Under the pieces are notes generated by a model. That model was given only the letters and a program-made list of their open reading frames with translations. It did no database searches and was not told the origin of the DNA. Of a DNA stretch of 64,000 bases, positions 39,092 to 49,300 are shown piece by piece. A program made the position numbers and the translations under genes. The DNA comes from Flavobacteriales bacterium (GTDB taxonomy: Bacteria > Bacteroidota > Bacteroidia > Flavobacteriales > UBA7312). Positions within the stretch are counted from its first letter, which is position 1. Each line of letters opens with the position of its first letter. The stretch lies in contig CBDIDR010000001.1 of NCBI GenBank assembly GCA_965277895.1, positions 512,430-576,429 on the forward strand. Reading direction: 5' to 3'.

Positions 39092-39478
39092 TTATTCCTT
39101 ATTTGATACTAAGGTCCATGCCCCTCTATTCATCGAAGTTGAACTTCCAGAAAATACATGTCGATTAATAGTTCCAGTTGGATAACCTGTAATTCCCGAT
39201 TGACCTGCTAGTTGTGGGCCAAAGGCAGTATTTAAGTTTGGATATGACGTTGGAGCGTATCCACCAGTATGGACTCTGATTAAAACAACATCGCTTGGAT
39301 TAGCTACTTTTATGTCGTTTGCTATCTTATGTCCATCGGGGCAGTAAGGACAATTTCTACCAGTATATTCCTCAAGTAAAACATTTTTGTTTTCAGCTTG
39401 GGTTGTATCAACTAGCAACTGTGCGAATGAAGAAATACTAACAGCAATTCCCATTATAATTAGAAGATGTTTTTTCAT
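39092..39478 (-). CDS. Short secreted thioredoxin-like CxxC protein, homologous to the N-terminal part of the Omp28-like lipoprotein at 34396-35196
   Basis: Signal peptide ISSFAQ. VLLEEYTGRNCPYCP aligns with VLIEDFTGYKCTNCP of the paralog. Only 128 aa versus 266 aa. Confidence 0.5.
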   Translation of the reverse strand: MKKHLLIIMGIAVSISSFAQLLVDTTQAENKNVLLEEYTGRNCPYCPDGHKIANDIKVANPSDVVLIRVHTGGYAPTSYPNLNTAFGPQLAGQSGITGYPTGTINRHVFSGSSTSMNRGAWTLVSNKE

Positions 39479-39670
39479 GATTTTTTCAATTTTTTAAAAT
39501 TAGTTAAAAATAAGAGCTCCATTCGTTAGTGAATGGCAAATAAGGGATGCTAAATTACAGATAATCTTTCTTTTGAGGGCTACTTTACTTAAAAGTGTAC
39601 ATTCAAATCTTACTCTTTCAAAGTCATTTTTTAACTTTATTAGTTGAATGCCAATTATTTTTTTTCTTAG

Positions 39671-39678
39671 TATATTTG
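39671..39678 (+). promoter_or_regulatory. Candidate -7 promoter box (TATATTTG)
   Basis: Matches TAnnTTTG, 17 nt upstream of ATG 39696. This argues against the track start at 39648. Confidence 0.4.
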
Positions 39679-39695
39679 TACAAAACCAAATCATT

Positions 39696-40403
39696 ATGAA
39701 AAAAGCAATACTTTTCTTTTTAGTTGTGTCAACTGTTCAAGTTTTTTCTCAAAGCATTACTGTTGAGCCACACGAATACAATGTGAATACTGGAAATTCT
39801 ACTTCTTTATTTGGTGATTTAGGTATTGATATTACTGTAAAAAATATTTCATCTAACACTATTGATATAAAAGTTTCTAGGGAAGTTATTTCAGCAACTT
39901 CAGGCACTGAGAATTACTTTTGTTGGCAATCCTGTTATTTACCTTCAACTGACGTTTCGCCGCATACTCTCTCATTCTCTCCAGGACAAGAGTTACCATC
40001 AAACTTTCAAGTCCACTTCGATAATAAAGGGATTGCACCGGCTTCAGCAGTCATAAAATATTGTGCCTTTAATGCAGATAATGAATCTGATTCAGCTTGT
40101 GCAATTGTGAATTATAATGTCAATGTTGGTGGATTTGATAATATTGAGAGTAGTAGCTTTTCGGACTTTCACCCTAATCCAGCATCGTCTTATGCTAGTT
40201 TAAATTATACAATTCTACCCTCACAAGCTGCGGAAGTAGTAGTAACTGATATGCTTGGGACAGTTGTTGAGAATAAAATCATTCAAAATAATGAAGGTAT
40301 TGTAAGATTAGATGTGAGTAATACTCCAAACGGTTTGTATTTCGCTAATATTTATGTTGATGGAAAATTGGATGCCATAAAACGATTATTAGTTAGAAAA
40401 TAA
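39696..40403 (+). CDS. Small T9SS cargo protein of unknown function (type-A C-terminal sorting domain)
   Basis: Signal peptide MKKAILFFLVVSTVQVFSQ. C-terminus FHPNPASSYASLNYTI...NGLYFANIYVDGKLDAIKRLLVRK. The N-terminal ~150 aa carries four Cys (CWQSC, YCAF...SAC). Confidence 0.65.
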   Translation: MKKAILFFLVVSTVQVFSQSITVEPHEYNVNTGNSTSLFGDLGIDITVKNISSNTIDIKVSREVISATSGTENYFCWQSCYLPSTDVSPHTLSFSPGQELPSNFQVHFDNKGIAPASAVIKYCAFNADNESDSACAIVNYNVNVGGFDNIESSSFSDFHPNPASSYASLNYTILPSQAAEVVVTDMLGTVVENKIIQNNEGIVRLDVSNTPNGLYFANIYVDGKLDAIKRLLVRK

Positions 40404-40423
40404 TAAAACCATCATATTAATAA

Positions 40424-40449
40424 AATGCCGGCTTCAAGCCGGTTTTTTT
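40424..40449 (+). terminator. Rho-independent terminator
   Basis: CCGGCT (40428-40433) pairs with AGCCGG (40437-40442) across a 3-nt loop, followed by T7 (40443-40449). Confidence 0.8.
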
Positions 40450-40464
40450 ATATATTTTTACGCC

Positions 40465-42735
40465 ATGTCTAATAAACGTAAAAAACAAGAAGCTCTAGAT
40501 TATCATCAGTCTGGCAGACCAGGAAAAATTGAAGTTGTACCAACAAAGAAACACAGTTCACAACGGGATTTAGCTTTAGCCTATTCCCCTGGTGTTGCAG
40601 AGCCCTGTATTCGTATTAGTGAGGATAAAGACGATGTATACAAATACACCGCAAAAAGTAATTTGGTTGCGGTTATTACAAATGGCACAGCAGTTTTAGG
40701 TTTGGGAGATATTGGTCCTGAAGCATCTAAACCTGTGATGGAAGGTAAGGGTTTGTTATTCAAGATTTTTGCAGATATCGATGTATTCGATATTGAAGTT
40801 GATGCTTCGGATGTCGATAAATTTGTTGAGGTAGTAAAATCCATTGCTCCAACATTTGGAGGTATAAATTTGGAAGATATTAAAGCTCCTGAATGCTTTG
40901 AAATTGAAAAGCGTTTGAAAGAAGAATTGTCTATTCCAATTATGCACGACGACCAACACGGAACAGCAATTATTTCTGCAGCAGCTTTGATAAATGCTTT
41001 AGAGATTGCTGAAAAGGAAATAGGTTCTGTAAATATTATCATTAATGGTGCAGGAGCAGCAGCAATGTCATGTGCTAAACTGTACCTTTCCTTGGGAGCA
41101 AAAAAGGAAAATATAGTAATGCTAGATAGTAAAGGTGTTATTAGAAAAGACAGTGAAAATTTAACAGCAGAAAAACAGTTTTTCGCCACCGATAAAACTA
41201 TTTACACTTTAGATGAAGCCATAAAAGATGCTGATGTTTTTCTTGGGCTTTCCTCTGGAAACATCCTGTCTCAGGAAATGGTAAAGTCTATGGCTAGGAT
41301 GCCTATAGTATTTGCTTTGGCAAATCCTGATCCTGAAATTTCCTATAATGAGGCGGTATCATCTAGGGAAGATATCATTATGGCAACAGGGCGTTCCGAC
41401 CATCCTAATCAGGTAAACAACGTATTGGGTTTCCCCTACATATTTAGAGGAGCTTTGGATGTGCGAGCTACTTGTATTAATGAAGAAATGAAGCTTGCTG
41501 CCGTAAAAAGTATAGCCGATTTGACTAAAGAATTAGTGCCTGATACCGTTAACCTTGCCTATGGTGAAAAAGTCATAACCTTTGGTCCAGAATATATAAT
41601 TCCAAAGCCACTTGACAGCAGACTGATTTCTGTAGTAGCACCAGCAGTAGCAAAAGCTGCCATAGATTCTGGTGTAGCACGTAAAAAGATAACGGATTTT
41701 GAAAAATATGCTCAGCAACTTGAAAAACGCTTGGGCTTAGATAATAAACTAGTCAGACAAATTACTACTAAGGCTAAAAGAAATCCAAAGAAAATTGTAT
41801 TTGCTGAAGCTGAAAACTATAAAATTTTAAAAGCAGCACAGCAAGTTAAAGATGAAGGAATTGCGATTCCTATTTTATTAGGAAGAACTCGAAAAATCGA
41901 ACAACTGATTGAAGATAATGTACTTGAGCTCGAAGGGGTTGAAATTATTGACCCAAAGAGTGAAGAAGAGAGAAGTCGTCGTCATGAATTCGGTAAAGTA
42001 TTATTCGAAAAACGTCAAAGAAAAGGACTTACCTTATTTGAGTCACAAAAGCTGATGCGTGAGCGAAATTACTTTGGTGCCATGATGGTTGACCAAGGTC
42101 TAGCCGATGCCTTTATTTCAGGAATCAACAGAAACTACCCTAATACCGTTCGTCCAGCACTCCAAATTATTGGGACAGAGGAAGGCGTTGAAAAGGTTGC
42201 TGGTATGTTCATTCTTAACACTAAAAAAGGAAGTTTGTTTTTAGCAGATACCACCGTAAACATTGATCCTACCGCTGAAGAGTTATCCAACATTGCTGAA
42301 CTTACAGCCAAAGCAGTCAGACGATTTAACATAACGCCAAAAATTGCGTTATTGTCGTATTCCAATTACGGTTCATCACAAAGTGCAAATGTTTCTAAAA
42401 TTATGGAAGCTAGAAACATAATTAAGAAAAACAATCCAAGCCTAATTGTTGATGGTGAAATACAAGCTGACTTTGCACTCAATAAAGAAAAAAGAGAACA
42501 AAACTTCCCTTTCACTGACTTGAAAGAAAATGCCAATACACTTATATTTCCTAACTTAGAGTCTGGTAATATAGCGTATAAACTTATGCAAGAATTTGAT
42601 GATGTAGAAGCTATAGGACCTATTCTTATTGGAATGAAAAAACCAGTACATATTCTTCAGTTGGGATGCTCAGTTCGAGAAATAGTAAATATGGTAACCA
42701 TAGCAGTAATAGACGCTCAAGTAAAAAGAAAATGA
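40465..42735 (+). CDS. maeB: NADP-dependent malic enzyme (malic enzyme fused to a phosphate-acetyltransferase-like domain)
   Basis: 756 aa. Malic-enzyme N-terminus (LALAYSPGVAEPC, VITNGTAVLGLGDIGP, HDDQHGTA), the dinucleotide fold INGAGAAA, and a PTA-like C-terminal half. Confidence 0.9.
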   Translation: MSNKRKKQEALDYHQSGRPGKIEVVPTKKHSSQRDLALAYSPGVAEPCIRISEDKDDVYKYTAKSNLVAVITNGTAVLGLGDIGPEASKPVMEGKGLLFKIFADIDVFDIEVDASDVDKFVEVVKSIAPTFGGINLEDIKAPECFEIEKRLKEELSIPIMHDDQHGTAIISAAALINALEIAEKEIGSVNIIINGAGAAAMSCAKLYLSLGAKKENIVMLDSKGVIRKDSENLTAEKQFFATDKTIYTLDEAIKDADVFLGLSSGNILSQEMVKSMARMPIVFALANPDPEISYNEAVSSREDIIMATGRSDHPNQVNNVLGFPYIFRGALDVRATCINEEMKLAAVKSIADLTKELVPDTVNLAYGEKVITFGPEYIIPKPLDSRLISVVAPAVAKAAIDSGVARKKITDFEKYAQQLEKRLGLDNKLVRQITTKAKRNPKKIVFAEAENYKILKAAQQVKDEGIAIPILLGRTRKIEQLIEDNVLELEGVEIIDPKSEEERSRRHEFGKVLFEKRQRKGLTLFESQKLMRERNYFGAMMVDQGLADAFISGINRNYPNTVRPALQIIGTEEGVEKVAGMFILNTKKGSLFLADTTVNIDPTAEELSNIAELTAKAVRRFNITPKIALLSYSNYGSSQSANVSKIMEARNIIKKNNPSLIVDGEIQADFALNKEKREQNFPFTDLKENANTLIFPNLESGNIAYKLMQEFDDVEAIGPILIGMKKPVHILQLGCSVREIVNMVTIAVIDAQVKRK

Positions 42736-43310
42736 TAACACATATTCAAGGAAAATTAATAGAAAAAAACCCCTCTTTTGTAGTAATCGATTGCAATGGA
42801 GTGGGGTATTTATTACGAATTTCATTACAAACATTTTCAAAATTATCAGATGATGAATTTTGTAAACTATTTACTCATCTTTCCATAAAAGAAGATGCAC
42901 ACACCCTCTATGGTTTTTTCGATAACAACGAAAGGGACTTGTTTAGGCAACTTATTTCTGTATCAGGTGTAGGTCCAAATACCGCTCAAATGATTCTATC
43001 TTCGTTGAACCCACATGAAATCCAGCAGGCTATTCTTTCTAATAATGTAACTACCCTACAAAGCGTGAAGGGTATTGGAGGCAAAACCGCACAGCGAATA
43101 ATTTTGGATTTAAAAGACAAAGTTATCAAGTTAGATTTAGGAAATTCTTCCACTATTTCACACAATACTGTTAAGGATGAAGCGTTATCGGCATTAACAA
43201 TGCTAGGGTTTAATAAAAATAGTATCGAAAAAGTAATCGATAAAGAACTGCAAGGAGCTTCTGATTTAGGAGTCGAAGAAGTTGTTAAAAGAGTACTTAA
43301 AAAAATGTAA
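42732..43310 (+). CDS. ruvA: Holliday junction DNA helicase subunit RuvA
   Basis: MITHIQGKL... N-terminus. HhH motifs VSGVGPNTAQ and VKGIGGKTAQRI. ATG 42732 overlaps the maeB stop (ATGA). The track start 42666 lies inside maeB. Confidence 0.9.
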   Translation: MITHIQGKLIEKNPSFVVIDCNGVGYLLRISLQTFSKLSDDEFCKLFTHLSIKEDAHTLYGFFDNNERDLFRQLISVSGVGPNTAQMILSSLNPHEIQQAILSNNVTTLQSVKGIGGKTAQRIILDLKDKVIKLDLGNSSTISHNTVKDEALSALTMLGFNKNSIEKVIDKELQGASDLGVEEVVKRVLKKM

Positions 43311-46300
43311 TATTTTTGGCGGCCTTATATTAAGAAATCAGATAGTGATTTATAGACATCTTATTTTTAAGCGAGCACTTTGGTGCTTTTTGTTGTTTTT
43401 GGCACTGAGTAATAGCCTTTTTGCTCAGAACGAAAGCGATAGTCTGATATTTGATTTCCCTGACTCAGAGCCTTGGGAGTCTCCACTAGATGAACAAAAC
43501 AGCGGTTTTTATTTTTCAACCCCATCATTTTTACAGCCAACAATAGAATATGATCCTGAAAGTAAACTGTATAGCGTAGAGCATGAAAACAACGGTTTAC
43601 GTTTAAGTAATTCTTCATATTTAACATTTGATGAGTATAATGACTATAATATTCAGAAGTCTATTTCTGAGTATTGGAAGGAAAAAACAGCCAGTCCAAA
43701 ATTAAATGAAGGCAATCAAAACAAAGGCCCATTGAGCATTGATATAGGGGGTGAAATTTTTGACAAAATTTTTGGAAATAGCACGGTTGATATTAGACCT
43801 CAAGGTTCTGCCGAACTGATTTTTTCTGTAAAACATAACAAGACTCAAAATAATGCTCTGCCTTTAGATAGACAAAGCAATACGAGTTTTGATTTTAAGC
43901 AAAAAATACAAATGAATGTGATTGGTAAAATTGGCGATAAACTCCAGCTGAACACCAATTACAATACAGAAGCTATTTTCGATTTCGATAATAAGATTAA
44001 GCTCGAATACGAGGGTGAAGAGGATGAAATAATTAAGAAGATAGAAATTGGAAATGTTGGCTTACCACTTAATGGAACATTAATTTCTGGAAGCCAAAGT
44101 TTGCTAGGTTTAAAAACGCAATTGCAATTTGGTAGGGCGACAGTTACAACCATTATTTCACAGCAAAAAAGTAATTCAAAGGTCATTGATGTTGAGGGTG
44201 GAGCTCAAACAACAGAGTTTGATATTTATGCCGACCAGTATGAAGCTAATAAACACTTCTTCTTATCCCATTATTTTAGAGAACAGTATAATGAAGCGAT
44301 GTCAAACTTACCTTTCATTAGTTCACCAATAAACATTACAAAAATTGAAGTTTGGGTAACCAATAAAACAGGTACAGTAGAGAATAACAGAAACTTACTA
44401 GCCTTTCTAGATTTAGGGGAATCGGCATCAGACATGTACAATACAACTCTCTTTTCTGACAACGCTGACCAGTCCTTTCCAGATAATGATAATAATACCC
44501 TTTATCAGCAAATGTTGTCTGAAGGAATTAATTTAAGAAATATTAATCAGGTAAATAGTATTTTCAATACCAGTAATTACCCTGACTTTCTAGGCTCTCA
44601 GGATTATGAGAAATTGGAAAGAGCTCGGTTGCTTTCACCTACAGAATACACCTTTCATCCCCAGTTAGGTTATATTTCCTTGAATAGCGTTATTGGACCG
44701 GATGAAGTCCTTGCAGTAGCCTATCAATACACTGTTGGAAATGAAATTTATCAAGTGGGTGAATTTAGCTCTAACGGTCCATCCGCGCCAAGTTCTTTGT
44801 ACGTCAAACTATTAAAAAACTTGAGCTTCTCACCTCTATTGCCAAACTGGGATTTGATGATGAAAAACATCTACTCCTTAGGTGCTTATAATATTAGTGC
44901 TAAAGAATTTTATTTAGATGTTGTATTTGAGAACACTAGAGATAACGGAACAATTACGAATTACATACCAGAAGAAGGCTTAGAAAGTAGACCGCTTATA
45001 AATCTATTGTCCTTAGACCAATTGGATGTACAGCAAGAAAGGCGAGCAGATGGTATTTTTGACTTTTTGCCGGGGACTACTATTTTGACTTCTAACGGAA
45101 AGATAATATTCCCAATTCTTGAACCTTTCGGAGATGATTTGAGGAGTAAGTTTGATAATAACGATATAGCAAATCAGTACGTGTATGACGAGCTGTATGA
45201 CTCAACATTAACAATAGCTCAGCAATTTCCAGAGTATAATAAATTTAGATTGAAAGGTAGTTATCAGTCCGAGTCTGGTGCAGAAATATATTTGGGTGTA
45301 TTCTCAATAGAACAAGGTTCGGTAGTCGTCACTGCTGGTGGGCTTCGCTTGGAAGAAGGGAAAGATTTTACTGTAAATTACTCCATGGGTAAAGTCAATA
45401 TTATAAATGAAGGCATCTTACTTTCAGGAACGCCAATTCGAATAGCAGTTGAAAGCCAATCCTTAGGTCTTCAACAAAAAACGCTAGTAGGAACGCATGT
45501 TGATTATCGCATTTCGGATGATTTTATGTTAGGAGGGACAATATTAAACCTTACTGAAAAACCATATTCTAAAAAAGTAAATACTGGTGACGAGCCTATT
45601 TCCAATACTATTTGGGGATTAGACGGAACCTATAGAAGAGAGTCAAGCCTTCTAACAAAGATTGTTGACTTTTTACCAATTCTTGAAACAAAAGAGAAAT
45701 CAACACTAACAGCACAAGGGGAATTTGCACACCTTATTCCAGGGCACCAAAGAGCAATTGGAGAGTCTGGAACTGCCTATATTGACGACTTTGAAGCGAG
45801 TAGTACAGGAATTGATATTAAAAACCCAGGGGCTTGGTTTTTGGCAAGTTTGCCAAACGACCCTAATATTTTCCCAGAATCAATGCTTGAAAATCAAGCA
45901 CCACGTTTAGGAAATATAAATACGGGAGCTAATAGAGCATTGCTTTCTTGGTACAATATTGACCCTACATTCTATAGAAATTCAAGCACAACGCCATCAC
46001 ATATTGCCAATGATGACAACCAATTGTCTGACCATAATGTAAGAGAAGTTTTAGAAAAAGAGGTATTTCCAAATAAAGACCCACAATACGCTACGCAAGT
46101 TTCAAACTTACCTGTATTGAACCTTTATTTTGACCCAACCGAAAGAGGACCCTACAATTATGATACTGAAAATATAACCACTTCAGGGCTTTTACTCGAC
46201 CCAGAACAACGCTGGGCGGGGATAATGAGAAAGTTAGAAACCACAGATTTTGAAACACAAAATATTGAGTTTGTAGAATTTTGGCTGATGGATCCATTCA

Positions 46301-49300
46301 ATGAGGATTCTGATAATCAGAATGGCGGTACACTTATGCTTAATTTAGGTAATGTTTCTGAAGATGTGTTGAGAGATGGATTTAAAAGTTTTGAAAACGG
46401 CTTACCTTCATCAACAGAATTAGTAAACGTAGATGATACTAGCAGTGTATGGGGAAGAATGCCAACTACTTTTGCCTTAACCAATTCTTTCGATGTTGAT
46501 GCTGAGTCCAGAGAATTCCAAGACGTTGGCCTCGACGGTCTGAGAGATGTAGATGAAAGAACATTTTTTGATACGGCATACATTCAGAAAATTGGAGATG
46601 TTTATGGAACAACTAGTCAAGCATACAGTTTAGCACTAGAAGACCCTTCGTCAGATAATTATAACTATTTTCTTGGTGATGATTTGGACGACGTAAGTGC
46701 ATCCATTTTAAACAGGTATAAGTATTTTTCTGGAATTGACGGAAACTCTGCTATCCCTAACCCAACACCAACTATGTCGACTACAATACCAAATACGGAA
46801 GACATAAACTTTGATAATACTCTTAATGAATCGGAAAGCTATTACCACTACAATATTCCAATTTACCCGAACATGCAAGTCGGAGAAAGTTACATTACTG
46901 ATATTCAAGAATCTGTTGCCAAAACGCCAAATGGAAATAGGGTTATAAAATGGTATCAGTTCAAAGTTCCTGTTCAACAAGCAGATAAAGTTGTAGGCTC
47001 GATAAGGGATTTTAAATCCATTCGATTCATTCGAATGCTGTTAAAAGATTTTGAAGAGCCTGTAGTCCTTCGTTTCGCCACTTTAGAATTAGTTCGTGGA
47101 GAGTGGAGACGTTACAATTTCGATCTTAAAACCGAAGGGGAATATGTGCCAAACGACAATGTGTCAAATACCTCTTTCGATGTATCAGTAGTAAATATTG
47201 AAGAGAATGGAGAGAAAGTTCCTATTCCGTATGTATTGCCACCAGGCATCGAACAAGAGGTCGATAATACAACAACTTATGTCAGAAGACAGAACGAACA
47301 ATCATTAGTATTAAAGGTATGTGATTTAGAAGATGGAGATTCTAGAGCAGCCTATAAAACATTTAATAATGACTTCAGGACATATAAACGCCTTAAGATG
47401 TATGTTCATGCCGAAGCATCTGGAGAAAACGAATTGGACTTGGCGGATGATGATTTATCCTTATTCATTCGATTAGGTACTGATTTTAATGATAACTATT
47501 ATGAGTATGAAATTCCTTTAAAAGTCACACCTTGGGGCGTTTCAAAACTCGATGATGAATTAATTTGGCCTACTGCAAACGAACTAAATATCGCATTTGA
47601 GGAACTACTCGATGAGAAGAAACTACGAAATAAAGCCGTAAGAGATGGCAATCATTCAAGTACGACAGATCCCTTTTCAAGAGCTGGCTCACGAATTACC
47701 GTTGTAGGAAATCCAAATCTAAGTAAGGTAAAAACTATAATGTTGGGTATTCGAAACCCTAAGAAAGGTCAGCCAAATTCTTCTAGTTTTGATGACGGTT
47801 CTACTAAATGCGGTGAAGTATGGTTGAATGAATTAAGATTAACCGATTTTGACGAAAGAGGTGGCTATGCTGCAAATGGTCGAATAAATGCTCGATTAGC
47901 TGACTTTGCAAATGTGAACCTTACAGGAAGTATGAGTACCATTGGCTTTGGAACTATCGACCAAAGTCTTACTGCACGACAAAAGTATGATGCATACCAA
48001 TACGATTTTTCATCGTCCTTTGCACTAGGAAATTTCTTCGGTCAAAAAGCCAATATAAAAGTCCCAATGTATATCGGAGTGTCGGAGTCTATCCAAAACC
48101 CTCAGTACAACCCTCTTGACCCTGATATTACTTTAAAAGCCTCATTAGATGAGCTTGAAACAAAAGAGGAAAAAGATGTGCTTAAAGAAATTGCTCAAGA
48201 CCTTACTAAGCGAAAGTCGATAAACTTCACCAACGTTAGAAAAAACAAATCAAATTCTACTTCGAAGAAAAGTAGGATTTACGACTTAGAAAATTTCTCG
48301 ACTACTTATTCAAGAAACGAAACTTTTTCTAGAAACTCAAGCCTTAAAGAACGTACTACGGTAACTTCAAAAATGTCTTTGAATTATAGTTACTCTTCCA
48401 AGCCAAAGAATATTAAGCCTTTCCAAAAAGTAAAGCTATTTAAGAACAAATACTTTGCTTTAATTAGAGACTTCAACTTCTATACTTTACCAAAGTCGAT
48501 AACTTTCCAAACGGATTTGGATAGGTATTACAATAAAACTCAGTTTAGAAACTTAAACAACCCAGATTTTATACTATCTCCATTTTACAATAAAGCATTT
48601 GTATGGAATAGAAATTACAGCGTTAAGTATGATTTAACACGTACTCTGAAAACGGAGTTTAAAGTAAGAAATACGGCTAGCATAGATGAGCCTCTTGGGG
48701 AATTAGTGAAGTCTGACCCATACTATTCTGTTAAAAGAGATTCAGTTTGGAATAACATCCTCAATTTTGGTCGACCTACCCTATACCATCATTCTATTAA
48801 TGCCAGTTATAATGTGCCACTCTCCAAGTTTCCGTTAACGTCATGGATTAATATGAATACTAAATACACAGCAAACTATGATTGGTTATCGGCACCTTTA
48901 AGTATTCAAAGTTTAGGTAATACCATACAAAACAGTAATAATAAGCAGGTAAATACAACCTTCAACTTCACTCAGTTATACAATAAAGTACCATTCCTCA
49001 AAAAATTAAATAAGCCTAATCCGCGAAGAGCTTCAAGAACTTCTGCAAGAGTAGTGCAGTTACCAAATGAAGTTCAAGACACGGTAAAAACATCCATAAA
49101 GGATGTAATAAATACTTTGCTGAGAACAACAATGCTAGTGAGAAATGTCTCTATTTCATACAGACAAAATCAAGGAATTGTAATGCCAGGTTTCACAAAA
49201 AAACCTCATTTCTTTGGTCAAGATTGGGATGCTATGGCACCAGGAATACCATTTGCATTGGGTAGTCAGGATATAGATATTAGAGAGTTAAGTACTCAAG

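Noticed and set aside
39500-39694. 64-aa minus-strand ORF in the divergent promoter region. Likewise ORF 37148-37402, which runs across the terminator hairpin.
   Set aside because: They occupy intergenic regulatory DNA (promoter boxes and hairpins), have no motifs, and use odd codons. They are probably non-coding.
39648-39695. 16-codon N-terminal extension (MPIIFFLSIFVQNQII) of the small T9SS cargo.
   Set aside because: A TATATTTG -7 box lies inside the extension, and the downstream MKKAILFF... is a canonical signal peptide start.
40581-41189. 202-aa ORF antisense to the malic enzyme gene, plus smaller antisense or alternate-frame ORFs such as 40756-40959, 42135-42365, 23100-23420, 19901-20206 and 58358-58696.
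   Set aside because: Each lies entirely inside a gene whose sense-strand product has strong, recognisable family motifs. The antisense products are low-complexity (S/A/I/F-rich) with no motifs. These are typical shadow ORFs.
42666-42731. 22-codon extension of ruvA overlapping the maeB 3' end.
   Set aside because: RuvA proteins start at MIxxLxG. ATG 42732 gives exactly that (MITHIQGKL) and forms an ATGA overlap with the maeB stop.
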